Below are positions 52,901-64,000 of a DNA stretch of 64,000 bases, piece by piece. Under the pieces are notes generated by a model. It saw only the letters and a list, made by a program, of their open reading frames with translations, ran no database searches and was not told the origin of the DNA. Numbering within the stretch: position 1 is the stretch's first letter; each line of letters begins with the position of its first letter. The DNA comes from the human T2T-CHM13v2.0 reference genome, Homo sapiens: NCBI RefSeq assembly GCF_009914755.1, contig NC_060934.1, one strand, 5' to 3'. The position numbers were made by a program, and so were the translations under genes.

Positions 52901-53477
52901 AAGTGCCCAGAATCATGAACTTATGCTTAGATTTATTATCTCTCTCTCTGATAATCTTTTAAATTTATTTAGCTTTACAGTGTTCTGCAAAGATAATCTT
53001 CCCTGGAGGACTGAAGGGTAAGATTGATGATGAACTCAGTATTTCTCCACCTGAAGCCATTGGGGAATAGATTGGCCACCTCTTCCCACTGGGCCACTAT
53101 TTTAGATATAGAAAAATTAACCTAAAAGGGATATTTATCATTAAATGTGTTCATGAACTAAACATGGTGGTGCTAAACGGTAGATATAAATCCAGAGGAA
53201 ATATTGCACATGTCACTGGATCAAATATTCTCACTTATCATTTATCATCAAAAGACATATTAAAAAATTCTGCCTTAGTTACTTAGGGAAAATGTTTCTG
53301 CCTTCACCATCTTTTAACAGATTGATGATGACTTAAACCTGATCTGCTCTTGATCTGCTAGGGTCTGATTTGACAAGGAGGATCAGACAGCTGAATGAAT
53401 CTTTGATCAGGTCAGTGTGCAAGTAAAAAATAAAGGCTATTGTGTTTTTTACAAATTTTAAATCTTAATATATGATA

Positions 53478-56280
53478 GGGAGTTCTGGTTCTGCCAAGAT
53501 GGAGTAGTTTCATTTCTCTCCAATGCCCCACTTAAAATTAAAAAAAAAAAGCCCTGGATATAACACAACAAGCATAGGAAGTCTCAGAAATGGAGGAAAG
53601 AAGAAAGCTGGCTGCAAAGGGACCTTGAGACTTGAGGAACTACATGGTGATGAGTTTACTGCGTCTCCTTATTGCCTCCCACATATCCCAGACAGTGCCA
53701 GGCAGAAGCTTCCAACCCAGAAGTGTCAACAGCCACAAACCAAAATGCTCCAAGAAAAACCTGCTCCGCCCAAGCCAAGAGACCAGGAAACATGGCCCAA
53801 CATTAGAAAGCTTTCTTGGCAACACCGCCAAACTCTAGCCAAACATGAAGGGGAAAAAATCATATCTTGTATTCCTCTGGTTTCAGCCATGCAGTGGGAA
53901 GTTGATCTTCCAAACCAATCCCCTGCCTGGTGAAAATAGGCAGCATTCTGATTCCCCACATCTGATTGATGTCCATGGGGCTAAGCAGGGAGATGGTATT
54001 CCATCCCCTGCCCGATGAAGATGGGCAGTGCTCCAATTTCCCCAGGAGAGTTATGGCAGTGGAGCCTGGGTTGGGGAGCTGAACCTCCACTCCCACCCGC
54101 AATCAACAAGATTAAATAAAGAGGTGCCTGTTGTGGCTAATCTGTGCTCCAATTGACCTCCATCCCAGGTGTCAGCAAGACTTGGTGGGGAACTGAACCT
54201 CCACACCCACATAGCATCAAGGAGATGGAATGAAGTAGTAGAAGGCAGGGTAGTTGACAATGGGATAGTTGTCCCATTGTTCATCTACCTCGGTGTCAGC
54301 AGGACCAGTGAGACGCTAAACCTGCACCCTGTCTGGCACTGAACAGGCAGAAGAGGTAGTGGGAGGCAGGAATAATTGCAACTCCAGTTCTTCTTCTGGT
54401 TTCAGGCTCAGTATGGAACCAAACTTAATCGACACCCTGCAGCAACCACGCAGTGTGAGTCAGTACCCACTTTTGCCAGGGTGTGGTAGATGAGACCCTG
54501 CAAGAAGCTGAACACATACAACCACCCAGACCTTGAGGTGCCCCTTAACAGAGGCATGGCCTGCACAGAAAAGATTATGAAATAGGAAACAGAGTCTCAT
54601 AATATAATATCCAAAATGTCTAGGACACAATAAAAAATTATTTTTCATATCAAAAACCAGGAAAATCACAACAAGAATTAGAAAAGCAACCAGCAGAAGC
54701 CAGCACCAAGACAAATCAGATGTTACAGCAATTTGACAAGGATTTTAAGGCAACCATCATAAAAATGCCTCAATGCACAATCACAAATTCTCTTGAAAGG
54801 AGTGAACAAATAGGAAAATCTCAGCAAGGAAATAGAAGTCATTCAAAAAGAATCAAATGGAAATTATAGAACTAAAAAACACAACAGCCAATTTATTTTT
54901 AAAACTCACTGAATGTGCTCAATAGTAGAATGGGATTGGCAGAGGATAGAATCAGTGAACTTGAAGTTAGATCAATAAAATCTTCTCAGTCTAAACAGCT
55001 GCAAGAAAATAGATTGAAAATAAAAATAAAGTCTCAAGGACCTTTGGGACAAAAACAAAAGAACAAACATTAGTATCATTGGAGACTTAGAAGGAGAGGA
55101 AAAAGAGTAGAACTGAAAAAGTATTCAAAGAAATAATGGCAGGCCGGGCGTGGTGGCTCATGCCTGTAATCCCAGCACTTTGGGAGGCCCGAGGCGGGCG
55201 GATCACGAGGTCAGGAGTTCGAGACCAGCCTGGCCAACATGATGAAACTCTGTCTCTACTAAAAATAAAAAAAAAAATTAGCTGGGCGCGGTGGCACACA
55301 CCTGTAATCCCAGATGCTCAGGAGGCTGAGGCAAGAGAATCACTTGAACCCAGGAGGCGGAGGTTGCAGTGAGCCGAGATCACACCATTGCACTCCAGCC
55401 TGAATGACAGAGCAAGACTCCTTCTCAGAAAAGAAAAGAAATAATGACTAAAAACTTTCCACATTTGGAAAAAGACATAAACCTGCAAACTCAAGAAGCT
55501 GAGCAAACTGCAAATAGAATACCCAGAGAAATCCATGCCAAGGTACAAACATCATAAATAAACTTCTGAAAATTAAAGACAAAGAAAAAATCTTTAAAAT
55601 GGCCACAAATAAATAATACATTGCTTATAAGAACATACCAATTTCATACCTAAAACCAGGGAGGACAGAAAAAAGTGACATTTTTTAAGTATTGGAAGAA
55701 AAGAACTCAATATAAATTTTATGTCTGATGAAAATAGCCTTTAAAAATGATGGGAAAATAAAAACATTCTCAGAAGAAGTAAAACTAAGAAAATTTATTG
55801 TTAGCAAATCCACTGTAAAAGAATTACTAAAGGAAGTTCTATAAATGGGAAGGAAATATTAATAGAAGGCTTGAAACTTTGGAAGGAAATAACATTGGAA
55901 TGGGTAAAAATAGGAATAAATATAATAGACAATCTTCTTGTAAAGTTCTTATATCATGTTTGATGATTAAAATAAAATTTCTAACACCCTCTAATGTGTT
56001 ACTTAATGTATGCAGAAGAAATACATAAGACAATTATATTCTTAAATTGAGTAATTGAGTGGGGTAAAGGGACCCCAGTGGGAGTAAGCTTTCTAAATTT
56101 CACTCAAAGTGGCAAAATGTTAATAACGTCAGACTAATATGCAGATTGTTATAACCTGGACCACCCCTACTGAAACGAAAATACCATAAATAAAAAACAG
56201 GATGAAGTTTTATAAAATATGTAAATAACCCACAGGAATGTAAGAAAGGCGAAACAGAGGAACAAAAAACAGAAAATGAA
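53478..56280 (+). mobile_element. Old L1 (L1M-type) 5' UTR plus decayed ORF1, split by an Alu
   Basis: Start ttctggttctgccaagatgg; internal gggaactgaacctccac repeats; ORF1-like aaatggaaattatagaactaaaaa...gaatcagtgaacttgaag...aaataaaaacattctcag. Confidence 0.8.
55142..55434 (+). mobile_element. Alu (AluSg-like)
   Basis: ggatcacgaggtcaggagttcgag; TSD aaagaaataatg. Confidence 0.95.
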
Positions 56281-57099
56281 TATTTTATTTTATACTTTTT
56301 GATATCTTAAAATATATATATATATATCAGGTATCCATGTAAGAGTGTCTGAATTCGACACTAAGATCCAATCATAAAGAAGAATCTAAAACATTGTTAC
56401 CTAAGGTATGAATTCAGAAAGTATACAAATGACATTTTTAGAGAGGAAGGTTAAAGTAAGCTCTCAAAAATTTGTTTTATGCCTGAAGAATGATAGCCTT
56501 CATTTTAGTCAATTTTTAGTTGTTCATATAACTAATATATTGTGGTCCCATCTGGTATAACTAAAATGAGCTATTTCTTATTTTCTAAAAGACTATCTTT
56601 TACTCTTCCAACAGTATAGAATCATTAGTTTATAGAAGAGCTATGTATATCAAAATATTTTTAAATGTTTTTATTATAAAGGAAATAAAAATATATTAGT
56701 AAACCAAAAGCAAGGCTTTTCAGACTAACGTTCTACTGACAGAAGTATTTAAGGTACATTTATTTTTCTGATGCTGATCACTTACTATGTTTTTAAATCA
56801 TCTTGTAAAAATTATTCAAAACAATAAAGGATTGTTGCTTTTATTAACATTATTACTTTATTGTATTTTTCTTTTTGCTCATTTGTAATTAGTAAAGTTT
56901 TTTCAAGAAGCATGCCTTGGTATTATAAGATAAAAATTCCAGGTTCATATTATATAATGGCCATCAGCAAATTCTAATTTCTCTATATATTCTCCCAAAA
57001 ACTATACAAATCAAGGATGTGAGCAAATAACAAATAACATCACCATCAAAGAGAATACTAAGACAAGAAAAATATTCAAATTATTTTTATGATTAGAGC

Positions 57100-59000
57100 A
57101 TAATATTGAAACTAGAAAGCTGGAACCCTAAGTGGTTAAAACTACAGATAATTTCATTTGTGAATATCAATGCAAAAATCTCAAATAAAATATGATCAAG
57201 CAAAATCAAACAGCACATTAAAAAATAATATATCCTGACTAAGTGGAATTCATCACAATAATGCAAGAACAGTTCAACAATTTTTAAAAAGCCTTTAATG
57301 TAATTCAACACATGAATAAATTTAAGGAAACAAAATCATACATCTTCCTAGATGCTTGAGAGGCATTTGAAAATTCAACATCATTTTCTAACTTAAAAAA
57401 AAAGACTTTGTGAAATAGGATTCAATGCATTCATCCTTAAAATTATTACATATGTGTCTGTGTGTCTGTGTATCTATGTACATCCAGTCCTCAACACAAA
57501 TGGTAACATTATGTAGTAAACACAACATAAATTTTCCCTAAGGCAGGGATAAGGCAAGGATGCCTATCATTTCCACTAACATATCGTCTTGTTTTGGAGA
57601 CATTACTAATATGGTTTGGATTCTTGTCCCCACCTAAATCTCATGGTGAATTGTAATCCCCAGTTTTGGAGATGGGGCCTGGTGGGAGGTGATTGGATCA
57701 TGACAGTGGTTTATCATGAATGGTTCAGCACCATCCCCTTTGGTACTGTCCTCATGATAGTGAGTGAGCTCTCGTGAGATCTGGTTGTTTAAAAGTGTGT
57801 GACACCTCCCCTTCTCTCTCTCTTGCTCCTACTCCAGCCACAGGATGTTTGTGCTCCCCCTTTATCTACCACCATGATTGTAAGTTTCCTGAGGTCTCCC
57901 AAGAAGCTGAATAGATGCCAGCATCACGTTTCCTATACGGCCTGCAGAACTGTGAGCCAATTAAACCTCTTTTCTTCATAAATTACCTGGTCTCAGGTAT
58001 TTCTTTATAGCAATGTGAGAACGGACTAATACAATTACCCAATGTTATAATAAGCACAATAATTAGGAGTAAAATGATTATAAAGGAAAAGATTAAAAAT
58101 ATATCTATATGTATGAATTATGATAGTGTACTTGAAAAGAATCAATGAAAATATAATTACAAACAAAAATATAGTTCCATGAGGAATCAAGATCTAAAAT
58201 TAGCATGCAAAAATTATTTCACATATGCAAAAATAATTAGAAAATATAATAGAAGGAAAGATGCCCCAACAAAAACAAAAAAGTGAGCAAAACAAGAAAT
58301 ACAATGAATAATAAATGTGGTGCAAAATCTATATATAGAAGATAATAAACACTATTAGAAGATACAAGCAAAATAAACTTGGACAGCAAATCACCCTATA
58401 TTCTTGAATTTGGTGATTTGACTCATAAAGGGTTAATATTATTCAAGTTAATATAAAAATTACAATATGTAATTCCAATAAAAATGTGAAGTTATTTTCT
58501 AAGCTACAGACTTGATTCTCAAAATGCAAATAGTCAAGAAAATGTAGGAAAAAATCAATAAAAACTACCTTAAATTGTATAATAAGGCCACTATAATTAA
58601 ACATTGTGATGTTAGTGCAAGAAAAAATAGACAGCGAAAGTGAATAGAAAGTACAAAATTAGGGCAAGTATATATGGATATTTGATATATGGTAAACGTG
58701 GCATCTCAAGTTACTGGGAAAATGATGCACTTATAAGTAAATGATCATAGAACAATTGGATAACTAGAAAAAGATACAATTGAATCCAGACCTCTCACTT
58801 ATTATACACCAACAAAAAATCCATATGGATCAGGGATATAAATATAAAAAAGAGAATGTTACCTATACTGGAAGAAAAATAAGTAAATTATTTTAATACA
58901 TGAAAGTTGGAAAGCCTTTCCCATTATGATTCAAATTTTGAAGCAATAAAAAAAAAATCAGTAAACCTGAATACAAAAAATCTTTTGTGTGGCAAGACAA
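57100..59000 (+). mobile_element. Degraded L1M ORF2 fragments
   Basis: gaatatcaatgcaaaaatctcaaataaaata...gaggcatttgaaaattcaac...aaggcaaggatgcc. Confidence 0.75.
57607..58033 (+). mobile_element. MSTA-like MaLR solo LTR
   Basis: atatggtttgg...aaatctcatg...ccatgattgtaagtttcctgagg...gaactgtgagccaattaaacctctt...ggactaataca; perfect 5-bp TSD attac. Confidence 0.93.
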
Positions 59001-59167
59001 AAAGGAAGAAACAAAATATAACACCATATACCAGTAAAAATATAACTCTATTCATCAGCTTTTATAAGGTATGCTGTGTAATAATCCCCACATCTCCATG
59101 AACAGCAACAGCAAATGTTGATTTCTCTCCTGGCTTATTGAAATTTTGTGTTGGCTATTGCTTTGTT

Positions 59168-59217
59168 TCATTACTCCAGAATCCTCATTACTCCAGAATC
59201 CTCATTACTCCAGAATC
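59168..59217. repeat. 17-bp tandem triplication
   Basis: tcattactccagaatcc x3. Confidence 0.93.
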
Positions 59218-59269
59218 TAGGCTGATAGAATAGTCCATTTCTGTAACACTGCTATTCTCCTGACAGTCA

Positions 59270-60512
59270 TTTAGCACTTCCACAGGTGGTTCATGAGGAT
59301 TCCAGTTGCTCCACATCTTTGCCAGGGCTTGTTTTTAATTGTAGTTATTCTGACAGGTGTGTAATAGTACATCACTGTAGTTTTAATTTGCATTTACGTA
59401 GTGACCAATGATGTTCAACAACTTTTCCTGGGCTTGCTGGTCATTTACAAATAACTTGCCCATTTCGTTCTGGATTGTCTTGTTATTGAGTTGTAAGATT
59501 TCATTATATGTTCTGAATCCAAGCCTTTTGTAACATGTATGTTTTGCAGGTATTTTTCCCCATCTGTGGCTTATCTTTTAGTTTTCTTAATTAATGGTGT
59601 TTTCTGACAAGCCAAAGCTTTTTATTTTGGTGTATTTTAACTATAAAATATTTTTCTTTGGTGAGTCATATATTTTGCATCCTGTCTTTGCAAACTTTGC
59701 CTTACCCAAGACCACAAAGATTTTTCGTATGTTTTCTTCTAGAGGTTGTGGGGTTTTAACTCTTATTGGGGTCTATGACCCCTTTTGAATCAAATTTTGT
59801 GTACGTTGTGAGAAAAGTGCCCAAGATCCTGTTTTCCATACAGATATCCAGCCGGATCATATCTTTCAGGACCATTTATTTAAAAGACAAATTCTTTCCT
59901 CACTGAATTATCTTGACATTTTTTTAAAATTGACCATATAATCATACATCTATTTCTGAACTCTCAATTCTGTTTCTTGGATCTAGATGTCTATATTTAT
60001 GCCAATACAAGCATTACACATTGATAGTGTCTTCAACTCAGGGAATATAAGTTTTCTGGATACATTCTTTTTCAAAATTCTGTATTCTTTGTGTACTTAC
60101 ATAAACTTTAGGATCAGTTTGACAATTTCTATAAAAACTTCTGCCTGAATTTTAATTGAAATTGTGTTAAATAAATACATTTGGAAATAATCAATATCAT
60201 AACCGTATTCAATCTTCCAATTCATGAACCTTGTGTCTCCCAAATTATTTGTTTTCTTTAATTGCATTCAACAATTTTTTATATTTTTCAATGTATTGTT
60301 AAAATTATCTCTATGCACTTTATGGTTGTTAATGCCATTATATTTGTTCATTGTTAGAATTGAGAAAATCATTGACTTTGGTCTAGTTTTGTCTCATTTG
60401 ATGTTACATTTACATACTGGTTAGAGTGGCTTCAGTTGTAAAGATCTTAGGAATTTCTATGTACAGGATGGCAATACCCAAAAAAATTTTAAGTTTTATA
60501 GCTTCCTTTCAT

Positions 60513-60543
<31 letters not shown>

Positions 60544-61140
60544 CACAGATTAAAAACAAATAAGACATCTATCTATCTCTCTATCTAATCTATCTATATG
60601 AATGTGTGTGTGTGTGTGTATGGAAGGTGTGTGTATATATTATTACCTGGGTGACAAAATAATATGTACACCAAAGCCCTGTAACATGCAGTTTACCTAT
60701 ATAACAAACCTGCACATGTACACCTGATCCTAAAATAAAAGTTTACAAAAATTCAAAAAAAGATGAAGAAAAACATATCATCTCAACAGTGTAATACACA
60801 CATATCCATACACATATATATGGATAACTATTTAGAAGAGATACAATTGAATCCAAACCTATTTTTTTATTTCTTTTTTCTTGCTCTATTTCACAGGCTA
60901 GGACTTCAAAGACAATGTTGAATATAAGTGGGAGTAGATATTCTTTCAATTTTCCCAATCTTAGAGGACAATTATTTGATCCTTCACTGTAAGTATGATG
61001 CTACCTTAAGTAAGGTTTTCTACTCTTACTCTAATATTTACATGTTGCTCAGAACTTTTACAATGTGTGGATGATGCATTTTGCAAAATGTTTTTAATTA
61101 CATCTATTGAGATGATATGTTTTTCTTCATCTTTTTCTGA
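59270..61140 (-). mobile_element. Old L1M ORF2/3' fragments, with a (TA)/(CA)/(TCTA)/(TG) cluster at about 60505-60640
   Basis: ttccagttgctccacatctttgcca...gttttaatttgcattt...ggctaggacttcaaagacaatgttgaata. Confidence 0.75.
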
Positions 61141-61147
61141 ATTTTTA

Positions 61148-64000
61148 AAAACTTTTATTTTCGGTTCGGGGTATATGTGCAGATTTGTTACATAGGTAAA
61201 TTGCATGTCACAGGGCTTTGGTATCCATATTATTTTGTCACCCAGGTAACAAGGATAGTACCTGATAAGTCATTTTTTTGATCCTCACCCTCCTCCCACT
61301 CTCCACCCTCAAGTAGGCCCCAGTGTCTCTTGTTCTCTTCTTTGTGTCCATATGTACTAAATGATTAGCTTCCATTTGTAAGTGAGAACATGTGGCATTT
61401 CATTTTCTGTTCCTGTGGCAGTTTACTTAGGATAATGCCTCCATCCATGTTGCTGCAAAGGACATGATCTCATTCTTTTTTATAACTGCATAGTATTCTA
61501 TGGTGTATATGTACTACATTATTTTAACACAGTATACCATTGATAGGCATTTAGGTTGATACCACATCTTTGCTATTGTGAAGAGTGCTGCAGTGAACAT
61601 ACATGTTAATGTGTCCTTATGGTAGAATAAGTTCTATGACTTTGGCTATATGCCCAATAATGGGATTGCTGGGTCAAATGGTAATTCTGCTTTGAGTTCT
61701 TTGAAAAATCACCAAACTGCTTTACGCAATGGCTAAACTAATTTAAATTTCCACCAAAAGTATATAAGCAATGCCTTTTCTTCACAACCTTGCCAGCATC
61801 TGTTATTTTTTTTTGACTTTTTAATAACGGCCATTCCGACTGGAATGAGATGATATCTCATTGTGGTTTTGATTTGCATTTCTCTAATGATTAGTGATGT
61901 TGAACAGTTTTTCTATGCTTGTTGGCCACATGTATGTCTGCTTTTCAAAAATGTCTGTTCGTGTCCTTTACCCACTTCTTCTAAGGTTGTTTGTTTTTCA
62001 CTTGTTAATTTGTTTGAGTTCATTATAGATTCTGGATATTAGACCTTTGTCAGATGTGTAGTTTGCAAATATTTTCTACCATTCTGTAGGTTGTCTGCTT
62101 ACTCTGTTGTTTCTTTTGCTGTGCAGAAGCTCTTTAGTTTAATTAGATCCCATTTGTCAATTTTTGTTTTTGTTGCAATTGCTTTTGGTGTCATAGTCAT
62201 GAAATCTTTGCCAGGGCTATGTCCAGAATAGCATTCTTAGGTTATCTTCCATGGTTTATAATTTTATGTTTTACATTTAAGTCTTTAATCTATCTTGAAT
62301 TGATTTTTGTAAACGGTGTAAGGAAAGAATCTAGTTTCAATCTTCTGCACATGGCTAGCCAGTTATCCTGGCACCATTTATTGAATAGGAAGTCCTTTCC
62401 CCATTGCTTGTTTTTGTCAGCTTTGTTGAAAATCAGATAGTTGTAGGTGTGCAGCCTTATTTCTGGGTTCTCTATTCTGTTTCATTGGTCTGTGGGTCTA
62501 CTTTTATACCAGCACCATGCTGTTTTGGTTACTGTAGCCTTGTAGAATAATTTGAAGTCTGGTATTGTGGTGCCTCCAGGCTTGTTCTTTTTCTTTAGGA
62601 TTGCCTTAGCTATTTGACCTCTGTTTTGATTCCATGTAGATTTTAAAATAGTTTTATCTAGTTCTGTGAAGAATGTAATTTGTAGTTTGATAGGAATAGC
62701 ATTAAATCTGTAAATTTCTTTAGACAGTACAGCCATTTTAACAATATTCATTCTTCCTTTCCATGAGCATGGGATGTTTTTCCATTTGTGTCACCTTGGA
62801 TTTCTTTGAGCAGTGTTTTATATTTCTCATTGTAGACATAGTTCACCTTCCTAATTAGCTGTATTCCTAGGTGTTTTATTCTTTTCGTGGCTATTGTGAA
62901 TGAGATTCTTTCTTTCTTTCTTTCTTTCTTTTTTTTTTTTTTTTTTTGAGTCTGAGACTCACTCTGTCACCCAGGCTGTGTCCAAGCGATTCTCCTGCCT
63001 CAGCCTCTTGAGTAGCTGGGATTACAGGTGCTCCACCACGCCCAGCTAATTTTTTTGTATTTTTAGTACAGACGACGTTTCACCATGTTGGTCAGGCTGG
63101 TCTCCAACTCCTGACCTCGTGATCCACCCACCTCAGCCTCCCAAAGTGCTGGGATTACAGACATTAGCAACTGCGCCCAACCGATATTTTGTTCTTTATT
63201 TCACTCTCAGCTTGGATGTTGTTGGTGTATAGGAATGCTACTAATTTTTGTACATTGATTTTGTATCCTGAAACTTTGCTGAAGTTGTTTATCAGATCAA
63301 GGAGCTTTTATGGGGTTTTCTATGTATAGAATCATATCATCTGCAAACAGGGATAACTTGACTTCCTCTCTTCCTATTTGAATGCCTTTTATTTCTTTCT
63401 CTTGCTTAATTGTTCTGGCCATCATTTCTAGTACTATATTGAATAGGAGGGGTGACAATGGGCATCCTTGCCTTGTACTGCTTTTCAAGGAGAATCCTTC
63501 CAGCTATTCCCCATTCAGTATGATGCTGGTTGTAGATTTTTCATAGCTGGCTCTTATTATTTTGAAGTATGTTCCTTCAATGCCCAGTTTGTTGAGGATT
63601 TTTAACATGAAGTGATGTTGAATTTTATCAAAAGACCTTTCTGCATCTATTGAGATGGTCATGTGGTTTCCGTTTTTAGTTCTGTTTATGTGATGAATCA
63701 CATTTATTGATTGGCCTATATTGAGTCAGCCTTGAATCCCAGATATAAAGCCTACTTGATTGTGGTGGATTAACTTTTTGATATTTTGCTGGATTTAGAT
63801 TGTTAGCATTTTGTTAAGAATTTTTGCATATGCTCATCAAGGATATTGGCCTGACATTTTCTTTTTATGTTATGTCTCTTCTAGGTTTTGGTGTCAGCAT
63901 GATGTTGTTCTCATAGAATGAGTTAGGGAGGGGTCCCTTCTCCTGGATATTTTGGAATACTTTCAGTAGGAATCGTACCAGCACTTCTTTATACTTCTGA
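61148..64000 (-). mobile_element. L1 (older L1PA/L1PB-like): 3' UTR plus disrupted ORF2, running off the window end
   Basis: ORF-track peptides are L1 ORF2 ([17 protein letters not shown]...LSLFADDM; [19 protein letters not shown]; [14 protein letters not shown]); 3' end acttttatttt at about 61151. Confidence 0.95.
62906..63182 (-). mobile_element. AluS with internal deletion, inserted in the L1
   Basis: (TTTC)n and T tail; cccaggctg joined almost directly to caagcgattctcctgcc. Confidence 0.92.

Noticed and set aside
53523-54284. Cluster of overlapping ORFs in GC-richer sequence
   Set aside because: Lies within an old L1 5' UTR with internal repeats.
62482-63701. Reverse-transcriptase-like peptides
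   Set aside because: Fragments of an ordinary disrupted L1 ORF2, broken by stops, frameshifts and an Alu; not a novel or active RT.

Overview
Primate (almost certainly human-like) genomic DNA, AT-rich and heavily covered by interspersed repeats: Alu J/S/Y, MIR, L2, CR1/L3, old and mid-age L1, MaLR/ERVL/ERV1 solo LTRs, and hAT-Charlie and mariner fossils. The window opens in the edge of a GC/CpG-rich promoter-like region with a perfect + strand splice donor at 56. I find no intact protein-coding gene, tRNA, rRNA or CRISPR array, and almost all supplied ORFs are repeat-derived or chance. The main unexplained structure is a chain of + strand exon-like segments in unique sequence (about 10.7-24.2 kb). 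Most have canonical splice sites, their reading phases are mutually compatible, and they carry only scattered stops and frameshifts, consistent with a decayed multi-exon gene (candidate unitary pseudogene). By eye, the reconstructed N-terminus resembles the XRCC4/XLF/PAXX head and coiled-coil stalk, and it is followed by a 13-aa repeat exon split by an Alu. That homology comes from my recollection of the XRCC4 sequence and is untested. I could not identify the locus by name. Repeat subfamily calls are by eye and their boundaries are approximate unless target-site duplications (TSDs) are quoted.
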